A DNA stretch of 64,000 bases from Sarea resinae (lineage: Eukaryota), in the NCBI GenBank assembly GCA_026026165.1, contig JAPEUD010000015.1, positions 124,001 to 188,000 of the forward strand, given 5' to 3'. Below are positions 37,396 through 50,114 of this stretch, in pieces (positions within the stretch are counted from its first letter, which is position 1; every line of letters begins with the position of its first letter). The notes below the pieces were generated by a model that worked only from the letters and a program-made list of their open reading frames with translations, ran no database searches and was not told the DNA's origin. A program made the translations under genes and the position numbers.

Positions 37396-39017
37396 ACAGA
37401 CGATGCTCTATGATCTTGATCCTACTGTCACGATGCCGCTGCCGAGAGCTATATTAATGAGCACATTTGCTTCACATATACCACATGGGACTAGACTGCC
37501 GAGTAAAGTCGATATGAAATGGCCGTTGTTTTCTATTCCTCGAGGACGGGGAAGTGCGAATGCAATTGGCTACCCGCAGCAACCATATGACTCACACAGT
37601 GGCAGTCGAATCAGAAGCAGGACGATGTCGCCCTCACCCATGGCTCAGGGCTCTATGCTGGGTTCCCACAGGAGGCGCACGGCGAGTGAGAGCACTGGGA
37701 GAAGTCATACATGTCAAGATGGCGAAATTGTATACATCCCCGGTGATTACTACCCAATTGGATAATCAGCATACATAGCAGACCCAAACCCTTGTTCACC
37801 AAAAGTCCAGTGTTTGGAAAATAATCGAGAAATCTGTTCACGAGTCTTTGGACAGTGGCACGGCAGCTTCAGTGTTTTCAAGAAGAGATGAAACATCTCT
37901 TCAATCTGATTAATGGACAATTCTACAACGGACGTCCTATCATTTCGGCTGCGCCTGCATCTCCTAAGTCACAACTTGAACAGCAAGGTGCAAGCGACAT
38001 GAAAGAAAAAGGAGGAAGCGGGACAGGATGAGGATAACGAATGGAGTACAGTAGATGGCGTCGCAACACGAAGAGAGGAAGAAAGCGACAGAAGGAAACA
38101 GCAGATGAGGCGATGAGAGCGAAAAGAGAGCAAGATGGGAGCAGACATGGAGAATTGCAATCATGGCTCGACTGAGAGATGTTAGTATCGGGCCTATACT
38201 TTCCCCTCTGGCCTGAAACGAATCTAAGTTTGGTCAAGGAACGAACTCGAGTTCTTGACAAAATTCGTTCAGCGTCTATACGTATTCAAGCCCGCCTCTG
38301 ATGAGTTAACCAATCTACGGAAAGTGTCAAAGCTGCGTTTTCGCAAAGATCGTTAGAACGTCTGCAGCTAGTCCCGCCTCTGGCATCCACGCCTACTGTG
38401 TTTGACATGTAGAATCTAATGTCAAAGCTGTGTTTGGGCTAAGACTTCATTGAGCGTCTGCCTATATCCACATCGGGCTGTACTACTACTCGGTAGACGT
38501 GAAGTAGTATATTACAGTTGAGCCTTGACCGAGCTGATCGTGTAAGAATGTTTCTGTGACGGGCGTTCAAAAATCCATGTCTCCTACACACCTCCTACCT
38601 TGTCTTCTAGTTCGATGATACTATGTTGGTGCTACCCTTCTGTTTATCCTGCTAAGGGCTATTGAGTGTGAGTGGATCCAGAGAAAATGATCAACAGAGG
38701 GTGAAAAACCATGGGCGTGCATGAAAAGGCATCGTATGCATATCCATCAAATACTGCTTTGATGTTGAGCCCTGAGTGATGGAGTAGCAGATAAGATTGA
38801 GGGGTATCAGATTAGATTAGATTAGATTGTACGCTCCCGCAGGCTCACGACGTCATAGGCACCCAATATTGATATCAGAGTTGCTCCGATGGAATGCAGC
38901 AACATCGATCTCCCTGGAAATCAACAGCCTCTCCAATAGATCGAAGGAATCCCAGTCCTACTCTATCGGCTCTTTCCATCACCTGCCGTTGAATAAGACT
39001 ATCCCATCAACGCCATC

Positions 39018-40270
39018 ATGAAACTCGACTCCGCCATCATCAAAGCGCTGTCGCTCGACCCGGCCGCCACGACCGTGGCCGCGCACGGCGGATCGGGCTT
39101 CTCCACCACGGCCAAGATCACGACCACGACGCCGCAGGGCGAGGAGAAGAGCTACTTTATGAAGACGGGAAGGGGCAAGGAGGCCGAGGTCATGTTTGAA
39201 GGTATGTATGACGTCCCAGCTAGTATCGAGGAGCTTTTCAAATGCCCGTCCATCCGGCATACGACGCTCTTCTCTCCTTCTCTCATGGAATTTCAATCTC
39301 AGCCCGCTGATGCGAAAGGGGTAAATCCCAAACAGGCGAACACGCCTCCCTGAACGCCATCCACGCCGCCGTGCCCTCGCTCTGCCCGGCCTCGTTCGCC
39401 CACGGCCGTCTCGCCGACTCCTCGTCCTCGGCCGCCTTCCTCGTCACCGACTTCCTCGACATGTCATCCCGGTCCTCTCTCTCCTCCAAACCCAACACCA
39501 ACGCCAGCGCAAAAGGCTCCGGGCTCTCCCTCGCGGCCAAACTCGCCAAACTCCACACGACGCCCGCCCCGCCACCACCCGGCCACGACCGTCCCGTCTT
39601 CGGCTTCCCGACGCCCACATGCTGCGGCTCGACGCCGCAACCGAACCCGTACACGGCGTCCTGGGCGACCTTCTACGGCGAGCACCGGCTGCGCTTCATC
39701 CTGCAGCGCTGCGAAGCCGCGCACGGGCGCGACGCCGAGCTGTCCGCGCTGGTGACGCGCACCATCGACGCCGTCGTGCCGCGGCTGCTGGGCGACGAGC
39801 ACCTGAACCACGGCGGGGGCGTCACGCCCGTCGTCGTGCACGGCGACCTGTGGGCCGGCAACAAGGGGCGCGGTTGGATCGGCGCCTCCTCTTCTTCCTC
39901 CTCCTCCTCCTCCTCCTCCTCCTCTTCGGCATCGGCTGCGGCCCCGCCACCCCTCGAAGACGTCATCTTCGACCCCTCCTCCTGCTACGCCCATGCCGAG
40001 TACGACCACGGCATCATGAACATGTTCGGCGGCTTCTCCGACCCGGCCTTCTGGGCCGAGTACCGCGCCACCTGTCCCAAGACCGAGCCGGCCCATGAGT
40101 ACGCCGATCGCGTCAGCTTGTACGAGCTCTTTCATCACTTGAATCATTACGCGCTCTTTGGGGGCGGGTATCGGAGCGGGGCCGTGGGCATCATGAGGAG
40201 TTTGGATAGGAAGTACGGTGGTGGTGGCGGCAGTGGCGGTAGTAGTGCGGGGGGGAAGGGGAAGGTGTAA
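39018..40270 (+). CDS. Fructosamine/ketosamine-3-kinase family protein
   Basis: HGGSGFS...YFMKTG...MFEG|EHASLNAI...LAKLH...FGFPTPTCCGSTPQPN...VVHGDLWAGN...IFDPSSCYAHAEYD...LYELFHHLNHY. Intron 39202-39335. Confidence 0.93.
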
Positions 40271-40969
40271 GGGGGGGGGGGGGGGGGGGGGGGGGGTTGG
40301 GCTCCATCTAAGCTTGATTCCATGAACGCGGGAGGGGAGAGGGTGTTTGCGGCAGAGGCTGTGGCTGGAACGGGAAATAAAATCACCCTCTTCCCAACCT
40401 CTTCTTTCCCAGTAACAATCAATCCATTTATCAACACACCCACCCACTCACCCATCCATAACCAGATTCGAAAAAAAGAAAGAGAAAACCACCGATGATC
40501 TGATCGCCTGAAAGATCCTTCTTCTATGCTATGGTATGGCATTCACTCTTTCAATCCTCTTTATTCTTGTCTCAGAAATCACTCTGCATCTTATTTTTCT
40601 TTTCGGGCCCCCCCGTGTGTCTATCTGCTTTTCTACTCGTCATCCTCGTCTGAACGATGAGATGAGATGAGATGAGATATATAGAAGGGAACGAGTGAGT
40701 GAGTGAGTGAGTGAGTGAGTGAGTGAGTGAGGAAGGGAGGGAAGGAAGGAGGGAAGGAAGGAGGGAGGCTGGTGTGCGTGCGTGTGTGCATGTGTGCATG
40801 TGTGTGGTTGTGTGGAGATGGGGAATCCCAGGGTTAGGGATAGGACAGGACAGGACAGGACAGCATAAGGGAGGACAGGACGGGGCAGGATTGATGGATG
40901 GCCCGAGGAAACCAACCCGACCCACTGATGAACCAGCCCCGGCTACATCGATTCGAGCGGATGCTGTCG

Positions 40970-43075
40970 TTAGAAGACGTACTAAGATGCCAGTCAGCCT
41001 CGAGCACGCAGTATTCCTCAAGATCTCCCTCTCTCCCTTTTCTCTATCTCTCTCAGAATTGACCACGAGAAGACGGGATATCCTCCCCACCGCACCTGAG
41101 GAAGAAAAATAAAAGAAAAAAAACAACGGAAGAGAAAAAAAGAAAAAGCGACTTACGGGGACAAACAGATAAGGCACTTGCCGCTTATACTCCCTCCAAG
41201 CGTCGCCGTACTTGGCCTCGCAGCGCTGGTCGTCGCGGTACGCCCGATGCACGATCATGACGGAGAAGAAAAAGGGGTAGAACCACGGGAACGGGCTGGC
41301 GAAGCCGGTGATGGCGCCCCAGGAGAGTGCGAAGAAGAGGTCGCATGTGTAGTGGATCTTGCGGGCGTAGCCGTCTGTGTTTGGGATGAAAGCGGTCGAG
41401 CGTTAGTTTTTTTTTCCCTCTCAGTCTTTTGAGGGGTTGGGATAGGATGAGAAGGGGGGATGTTTATTGGGACGGGATAGGATGGGATGGGTGGGGAAAA
41501 CATACACCAGCCGTCTGCAAGCAGCGATGAGCCCGTCGAGGTTTTGATCGTGCGTGGGTTTTTGACGTGCTGCCAGGGCAGTTGAGGGAAAGTCTTGCGG
41601 TGGCGGAGCTGGCCGCGCTCTTCTTGGCGGAACTTGTTCTTCTGGCTGTTGGTCGTGTCCCAGACCCAGTAGACGAACAGGTAGGAAACGAAGAGGGCCG
41701 TGAGAGCGATGCGGTTCCAGTGGTAGACCGAGGGCGCGTGGTTGGCCAGGTAGATGGTGCAGTGGCAGTAGCTTAGGGGCACGCCCGCCATGTTCCAGAA
41801 GATCAGCATGAAGCCCCATTTCTCGTAGTACATGTCCCTTTTCGTGCGGTTTCGATTAGTCCGGTGTAAGCTGTTGAAGTCGTTGCAATGGCGATACATA
41901 CCACGTCGTCACGATCAGTTCTTCACCCTTGGCGCAGGCGTTTGCGTACAGGAAGTGCGCCATGAGGACGAACCAAACCTCCCCCGAGACCCAGCCAAAT
42001 TGCTCGTATTGTCGGGCCGCAGTGCCAAGTGAGAGCAAGAACAAGATATACCATGGCAGTCTGACCTCGAAGAACATCTTGAAGTCGAGGATTCCAAATA
42101 AGCGCGGGTTAAGCTCGGCACCCATGAAAAAGTCGTAGAGCGGAGCTCCCGTCATACGATGTTGAGCGCCTCGGAATATAGCAGAAAAGTACGCGACGAT
42201 TGAGACGAGAGTGCCGCTAAAGATGGCTACGGACAGCAAGGGGCCAAACTCGTCAATCAGCGTATACAGTTTGAATAAGCCGGTGGCGTGCAGGCCAAGT
42301 GCCACCGCGATAGTGGTATACCACGAATAGACCCCAGAGCAATAGTAGGTCAATTGCTTGCCGCCCTCATGTGCAAGTGGCTTGCCAATCGATTCGGCGC
42401 CCGGCAGAAGACAATAGCAAGCGCCCTCGAAGACGAAGAAGACCCAGTATATGGCCCAAGCCTTGGCGGTGGGGAACGCGCCCTCGTACACCAAATGTGC
42501 CAGGTGCTTCACAAAGTCCATCAAGCTCTGACCGTCTTCGGGAAGTGGGAGCTTTCCGTCGTAGTAAGTCGCTCCGATCCACATGTACCACATCAGACAC
42601 GGGAACCCAATCATGATCATGGTGACGCCAAAGGATCCACCGAATTCAAAGTGCCCGCTGCCGTCAACCTTCGGGTCGGAACCGACCTCCCACCCATCGA
42701 CGATTTCATTCTTCACCACCTTGCCGTCAAAGGTGCCGTCCGTCGCGCCGTTTGCAGCGCCATTGCCATTGCCATTGCTCGAGTCTTTGTCCGGAGCGCG
42801 GCGACGCTTCGGAGAAGACTTGAACTGGGCGACCGAGTGCTTCGAAGTCAGACTGGATTCATCCACGTCGGGCGACTCATCCTTGATAACGGGCGTCATC
42901 GACCGTCTCGAGCGCGTCTGACGGGTGGGCGTCTCCACGTAATCGGGTCGAGAGGGTTTGCTGGCAAGCATTGTCAATCATGGACGGCGGGATCAAGCAA
43001 AGACATGATGCCAATGCGCGAATTGGACCAAGCTTACCTTGGGGTCTTGCCCGTCTGCGAACGCGTCACAGTCAT
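40970..43075 (-). CDS. ERG4: Delta24(24(1))-sterol reductase
   Basis: [12 protein letters not shown]|..., [93 protein letters not shown]...VPYLFVP|YVF*. The terminal coding exon is 12 nt (40970-40981). Confidence 0.96.
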
Positions 43076-43677
43076 GTTCAACGAGGATCAGGCCGAAAGT
43101 TGTATGCTTCAGTAGAAAGCCAATCTATGTACCAGTGCGCTGGATCGGAACAAGCAACACTCGTCGACTCGATGATGACAAATAGGGACGTTGAGGCGAT
43201 CTCGAGGAGGATGCTCCCCAACCGAAAATGGAATTCAGCGCTGAAGCTGAAGACAAAGGAGATGATGGCATACGAGAAAGAGAATTGAAGTGGAGGAGGT
43301 CACCGATCTATATCGCTCGTCTATCTCTCCAGAATCGATTTCTCCGGAAATTAGAGCCAATTGGCAATGCCGCATTCCCCCATCAGCATCCAACCGAGTC
43401 GCGCCAATCGCAGAAACGGGTACGCGCATTATTGCCTATCCGAGAAATCGATTCAACCACCAGCCAAGACACTATCTTGTTGGGGATGGCTACCGACACC
43501 TGGAAGCATATGGAGAAGAAGATGGTTTGGTGATTCTACGGCTGAACCGCTCTAGAGTACAAAAGGTATATATATAGCAAAGCTGGTTTGAGGCCGAAAT
43601 CTTCGCCCTACTGCGCCGGCGCCAAAATCAGGCTGCGAACGACTGTACAATATCTAGATCCACAATGCGACACGGCT

Positions 43678-46101
43678 TCATGCCCCCCTTCGCGCAGTTG
43701 TACTCATGAGAGTGATCTTCTTCGATTTTTTCTTCTGACTCCTCGATGGGCCGGGCTTCGAAGCGCCCTCGTTGAGAGACACTGCCTGAACCTGCGCCAC
43801 TAGATTGTCATCCTCCCGCAAAAGGTCCCTCTCCCAACCTTGGAGCCACCCATCATTGTCAGGTATATCGTGCTCGTGGGGTAAGGCTTGAATAGTTGGA
43901 GACGTAGGCGCCACGGCAGTCGTGCCCCAAACCGTGCGCGGTGTCGATGGACTTGTCGACGGCGAAGCTAGTGAGGCAAAGGACGAGCCATGCTGTGCAC
44001 GAGATGCTGGCCAAGGCGGTGAGGTTGATTCGGAGACGGCCCCAGTGGATGATGATCCAATTTCGGGAGCCACGCCTGAAGTCAAGCTGCGAAAATCGCC
44101 CTCGGAGAAGCTCTCGTGGGGTGTACTGGGCCGTCTCCGCCTTGCGGCCGCCCATCGCTTATCATCTTCTTCTTTCTCTGCGCGCATCCGTTCTTTTTCC
44201 TCTCTACTCTCTTTATCCTTATTCCTCTTTCTCCTCCGCTCTATCTCTGGCATGAAGTTTTTCAGAACCTCCGGAGAAACCACATCAGTCCAATCGCATT
44301 CTAGGAATCCGACCTCACATCCGTATGGAAGATGCGTGAGATACTTGGTCCGCTTGCGAAGCTCGTCGTCGATGACATGCCCTGTGGAGACTCGCTCGAC
44401 TCTTGGAAGGATGGTTGCAGGAAACGCAGCAAAATTGCCGAATGCAACCTTGAGGATACGAATGTCAAGAGGAGAAAGATAGTAGTGAAGCAGAGCCTGA
44501 TAGAAATAATAAGGGGAATCAGCAGGGCGATGCTCGGTAGCAACGTCCCGGGTCTGCGCTGGTGGCACTCCACTGAGGGTCGGCACTGGCAGCTCCTGTG
44601 AAGCCTTCTCCACAATCTCGGGAACCAATTCCTCGGACGGAGTACCACCAAGCGAAATGGTCGATACATTAGCCGATTCGTTCGGAGTAGGGGCCTGATT
44701 TTGAGAGGTTGACGATTCCGCAGAAGATTTTGACTCTAAACCCGTGGAAGGTTGAGGCTCGTCCTTGACGTCCACTTGGTCATTCCTACGATTGGACTGG
44801 CCAAGATCCTTTTTGGGCTTTCTGTCGACCGGCTGTCTGGGCATGCTTGGAGGATTTCCAATGCTCCGTGCGCGTTCCTTCGCATCTTTGATATTCCTCA
44901 TCGCCTTCTGAGTCCATTCGGTCCCTTCATCAAACATGACCTCGTCTTCCTGCTCCTGCTTTTGTAGGTCTTTGATCTCAAGGTCGAATTGAGAAATCAT
45001 GTAATCCTCTGTACCCTTCATGACCCTTGCATAATCCATGACCTCGGCAGCGAAGTGCCAAGGGATGTCGTCCGTAGGAGCAAGTCCATCAGCGCCATCT
45101 CTGGGTAAGGCGAGGGTGCTTCCGGGCTGACGCATCACCAACCTGAGTACAACATCCCATCCTTCATGAGGAGGTTCGCCCTCTTGCCCCACGTACCATC
45201 GGACTGGTCGAGTCTCGGAGGTGTAGATACTGTCCCAGCAGATCGGGCACTTCTTCGACCGAGCCCTCTTCTCTGGCGTTGGGCCGCTGTCATCCGTTGC
45301 ATGCATATATCGGAGGAGACATGGTAAACAGAAAATGTGTCCACACCTAGCCATTCGGGGTGCGACCGGGGTGGAAAGGCAAATGGGACACGACGCAGAC
45401 TGCGTCTGGGCGGATGCCAGGATCTGGAGGACGAGATTCCAATCCAGGTGAACGTCGGCGTCAACTGACTGGGCGTGGTAATCTCCGGTAGGATTTACAA
45501 TGAAACGGTAGTTCGCATGGACATATCTGCAATGGTCAGAATTCATCTGAAAGCATGAAGACGTTGGCTGAGTAAGGTAAATACCTCGCCTTGTCGATCG
45601 CATGGTAGCCCGATCCCAGACCCCACGTGGGATTATGCCGATTATTTCGAGGATGACCATGACCATGATGATATTGAGGACGAGGGGGTAAGGAGAAATT
45701 CATCAGATGGGTAATGGAGGTCTGGCCTTTACGGCTAGTTGCGGATCTCATGGCGGCCTGAGGTGGGTTCAGGATTAGCAATCTTCTCGGGTGAGGCCAC
45801 AATCGTGATTTCGATTTTCGGGGAAGAGAAAGCTTACGGATTCAGCAATAGCATCCTCATCCGCAAGTCGAGGTCGTTTCTGATTCCGATGCTGCTTCCG
45901 ATGAGACTGGTTGCTCCTGGCGGACGATGTGATGGTTCTCGACGTCGACCCCGCACCGAAACTGCCCAACCCACCACTTCGGCGTTGAGAGTAGCCTTCA
46001 ACGCTCGAAGAGGGCCCGCCCTGAGATTGAGACGGGGAAGAGGTCTGGGGAGAGAGATTGCCAATCTTGGATGCACCGACTGCCGAGGAAGGATTTGACA
46101 T
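43678..46101 (-). CDS. MAG2: RING-finger E3 ubiquitin ligase of the Mag2/RNF10 family
   Basis: TSITHLMNF...IDKAR|YVHANYRFIV, RING CPICL...APRMARCGHIFCLPCLLRY...CPICWD, YYFYQ...YLSPLDIRILK, RKRTKYLTHLP, and a basic C-terminus KKKSKKITLMST. Confidence 0.88.
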
Positions 46102-46585
46102 GTCGGTCGAGGCGGGAGACTCGATGGGGTCGGAAAGAGAAGCAGCCAGAGCCCCGATGCACGGGGTCAATCCAGCCCGCAAGTTGACGACTCGACCCCG
46201 GAACAGAGGGGATCGAGGAAAACAAGCATATAAAGAAAAGCAGAAGAAACAAAAGAGATAGATGCACGACGAGCCCGGAGTCGAGAATTGGCGTTGGAAG
46301 AGGGCTGAATGTTGTGGCCCCAAAGGGTGAGGATTCCAAGCCGAAGAGTCAGAGTAGCAGAGTACAGAGTACTCCGTAAGTCGCCCCTCGTCATCGTAAG
46401 GTATGCTGTCGGACTCGCTTGGGGGACTGAAGTAGCTGACTCAGCATCCTGTCTGCTATGGAGCTGTCCGCTGTAATACCCCATTGACGCACTCTCCGGT
46501 GGCTCTGATGGCTCTGACGGCTCTGATGGCTCTGATGGATGCGGAGCCTCATCCGGATCGATCCCGTGACTCTCCCCTCTTCTGC

Positions 46586-46588
<3 letters not shown>

Positions 46589-46635
<47 letters not shown>
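46589..46635. repeat. (CT)n microsatellite in the MAG2/UBP3 divergent intergenic region
   Basis: Read directly. A 9-nt repeat (ggctctga(t/c)) x4 lies nearby at 46501-46538. Confidence 0.9.
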
Positions 46636-46639
<4 letters not shown>

Positions 46640-47223
46640 GAAAGTGGTGTTGAGCTGATCTCGGGACCGCTACTCTCTTGCAAGTATCCTGACCAGCCGT
46701 CTTGGCGAGGAGGTACCTCTGGCGAGGTCACCGGCAGGCGTACCCATCGAGCGTAGTGCCAGTGTCGTCTGTCGCTTGGCTTTCCCTTCTGGTCGCTCTG
46801 GCTGGGACGGGACCTCCGTCGTCCATCATCCATCGACGTGATCATCCTCGTCTGTCTGACTCTCATCAAAAAGTCCGTCCCAGCCAAGTCGGTGCTGCAC
46901 GCCCAGACAGATCCTCCCATCTTCATCTCCATCCCCATCCCCATCTCCATCTCCACCTCCACCTCCCCCTCCCCCTCCCCCTCCTCCCTTCTCTTGCTCG
47001 CCTCGCATTCGCCGCGACTCGAGATATTGGATCCCCCCCCCCCAGTGCGACCGTCTCGGGCACTTTGACATCGCCGAGAGATTACTCTGTTCCTCGTCTA
47101 ATCGCTCAGGTGGGTAATCCTCGAACGCCTCATCAAGTCTCTCACAGTCCGTCGTCTGTGCTGTTGGTCATCCAACCGCCAACCGGACTGTGAAGACATT
47201 CGGTCGTCCATCACGGAGCCGGC

Positions 47224-50114
47224 ATGATGAACTCTCATCTGCCGGCGGTGCCTCCTGTGCTGCCTGTCATACCTCCCCATCAGGGCAGAAGGCACAATGA
47301 CCTCCCCTTCTCACCACCTCCACCACCTCCGCCGGACGGCTACCCTCATATGCCGCGGTCGCCCTACAATCACCACCACTATCCGCATATGCCCATTCAT
47401 TCCCATCCCCAACAGGCTCGTCCACCATGGTACCAACCATATCAGCATACCATGCCCCCGCCTCCGCCGCCGCGCCAGTACCAGCCACACGTCCCGCTGG
47501 TCGTTTCTTCATATCCACATGCGCAGCCTGTTGCGCCGATGAGGCATCAATCCCCCCATCCACCTCCACCGTCTGTCCGACCTAATACGTTTCTCTCACC
47601 TCCGCCACCAACAGTCTCTGCCCCTGTTGCAACCCCACCGCCCGCGGCGGTCGCGGCGCCCACGGCGGCGGCTCCGCCCGTTGCGGCTCCGCCACGGCTA
47701 CCGTCTCCCCCCCATCAGCGTGTGCCCTTCTATCCACCTGTAAGTCTCTCAGCCATTGCCGAGCGGCAAAACTATCCGTCTTCGTTGCTAATCCAAATAC
47801 CAGCTACCTTGGTACTCCGTACCAGAAGAGCCATTCCCTCCAAGAGCACCCCGTTCCCGACGACGGCGACGAACACCTTTGGCATCCTCCGCGGGACTTG
47901 AACTTCCTTCAAGACAGCAATTTGAGAGTGAAGATACGGCGGATGATCTAGCGGATTCGCGGGATTCTGCAGTTCTAACGCCTTCCGAGACCGAAACACC
48001 TTTAACTTCACAGGCTCCGTCAGAAGTCGAGGCTACACTTCCCAGATCACCCCCGTTCCCCGCCGCTGTCTTACCTCCACCACAAAAGGCGACGACGCCT
48101 ACGCTAGTCAAGACCACCATAAGGCCCGTCGTCCCAGCTCTCCCAGTGACACCCGCTGTTCCTCGTGTCTCCACCGTAACCAAGCAAACATCGCGAGGAG
48201 CAGCAATTGAGGAACTTTCGCAGTCTACCACTAGTGATAATGGACAGAACTCTCTAGAACCAATCAGCTCTGATGCTACTATTGAGCCGAAGTCTGAAAA
48301 GACCCCAACTTCTTCTCCGCCTCCCAAAACAATACCAAAGTCTTGGGCAGACCTTGTTAGGACCCAGGCGTCCCAAAGTCAGCCCTCTGTGTCGAACTCG
48401 ACAGCCAATGGTGCTGCCGCTTCGAACGGGCTCCCTGCTGTAAAGACGGGGTCGCTTGCAGATGCTTTGCATGCTTTCAATGTTGAGCGTAATTCCAAGG
48501 ACTCGAAGATTTCCTTCTTAGAGCCAAGGGGGCTCGTGAACACAGGTAATATGTGCTATATGAACTCGGTGAGTCTCAGTTCATCAAATCAATTCTTTGC
48601 TCGATCACACTGATGATTAAAAGGTTTTACAAATTTTGGTGTTCTGCATTCCATTTTATGAATTTCTTGACCAGGTGGGAAAACGCGCGGTGCATAGTTT
48701 CAAAAGCGATACCCCATTGGTTGATGCTATGTGAGTTCTTTGTAATGGATCTTACTAGTCTCGAATACTGATCCTTGTTCCCCTCCAGGATAATGTTCAT
48801 GCGGGAATTCCCTGTCATTGACTCTGCAGTGTCAGTCGAGCAGCTAAGAATGCGTCTCAAAGATAGCGAGCTCGAGCAATACGGCGAGCCCTTCATCCCC
48901 GAATTTGTATACGACGTGATTAGGCGATTGCCTCGGTTTTCGTCAATGCGGGTAAGTCAATCTTACTTGGTTCAATATCCGTATGCTGACATGATTCTCA
49001 GCGTGGCCACCAACAAGACGCAGAAGAATTTCTAGGGTTTCTGTTGGAAGGCCTTCATGATGAGTGCGCTCAAGTTATGAGAAATGTCCCGAATATCGAA
49101 ACGGAGGGTTTGGATATGGTTGACGGGATCGCGTCACCAACAAGCGACTCCCCGGACTTCGGCACTTCTGGTGCCTCTCGTGGTTGGCTTGAAGTAGGCC
49201 CGAAACAGAAAGCCTCCGTAACACGCTCTTCCGGGACCATTGCAACAGAGTCGCCTATCACTAAGACCTTTGGCGGTCAACTGCGCTCAGAGCTACGCGT
49301 CCCCGGCTTGAAGAACTCGATCACACTAGAGCCTTATCAGCCTTTGCAACTCGATATAGGATCGCCGCAGGTGAACAATATCACGGACGCCCTAAAGGGC
49401 TTAACACGTTCTGAGACGCTGCATGGCGATTTTAACTCTCCCAGGGGCCCAGGGGTCGCTGCTACAAAACAAGTGTTCATTGAAACGCTTCCGCCGGTTC
49501 TGATTCTGCATCTCAAACGTTTCCAGTACGATAACACCGGAGGCACGCAAAAGATTTGGAAGAAGGTCGGCTATCCGTTGGAGCTAGAGATCCCGAAAGA
49601 AGTTTTTCCGGCTCACAAGCGAGGAGCTCTAGCAGCACACGGTGGTCTGCCGAAGTATAAACTAATCGGGGTGGTCTATCATCACGGTAAGAATGCCAGC
49701 GGAGGGCATTATACTGTGGATGTGCGACGGCAAGATGGCCGTGAGTGGATAAGACTGGATGACACTGTCATCCGACGTATTCGAAGTGAAGACGTCGCCG
49801 AAGGTGGAAGCGACGAGGATCCCCAGGTATTAGCGGCAGCATTGGAGGACCACAAGCGCGACACAGCCCAGGGGAACATTTTCGAGCAAGTCAATCTCAA
49901 CGAGGAGCACAACTCCGGAGACGAGCAGGGCTGGAGTCAGGTTAGTGGCGCAAACGGAAGCGTCCAAAATGGGCAGAAGAAATGGTCCGGCATCGTCAAC
50001 GGAGATACTACGCCTACCAACGGAGGTGGAAAGAGGACGCCCTCTGGAAAGTTTTCTGCCAAAGACAACAAGGTTGCCTACATCCTCTTCTACCAGAAAG
50101 TCAGTGGCAATTGA
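47224..50114 (+). CDS. UBP3: Ubiquitin C-terminal hydrolase Ubp3/USP10
   Basis: Pro-rich N-terminus, LPWYSVPEEPFP, PKSWADL, FLEPRGLVNTGNMCYMNS|VLQILVFC, RGHQQDAEEFLG, GWLEVGPKQK, LEPYQPLQLDI, LPPVLILHLKRF, VVYHHG...GGHY...WIRLDD, VAYILFYQ. Four introns. Confidence 0.93.

Noticed and set aside
39464..40447. 327-aa antisense ORF over the fructosamine kinase (and similar antisense ORFs over ERG4 and the sugar transporter)
   Set aside because: Expected shadow ORFs of GC3-rich coding sequence, with no independent motifs.
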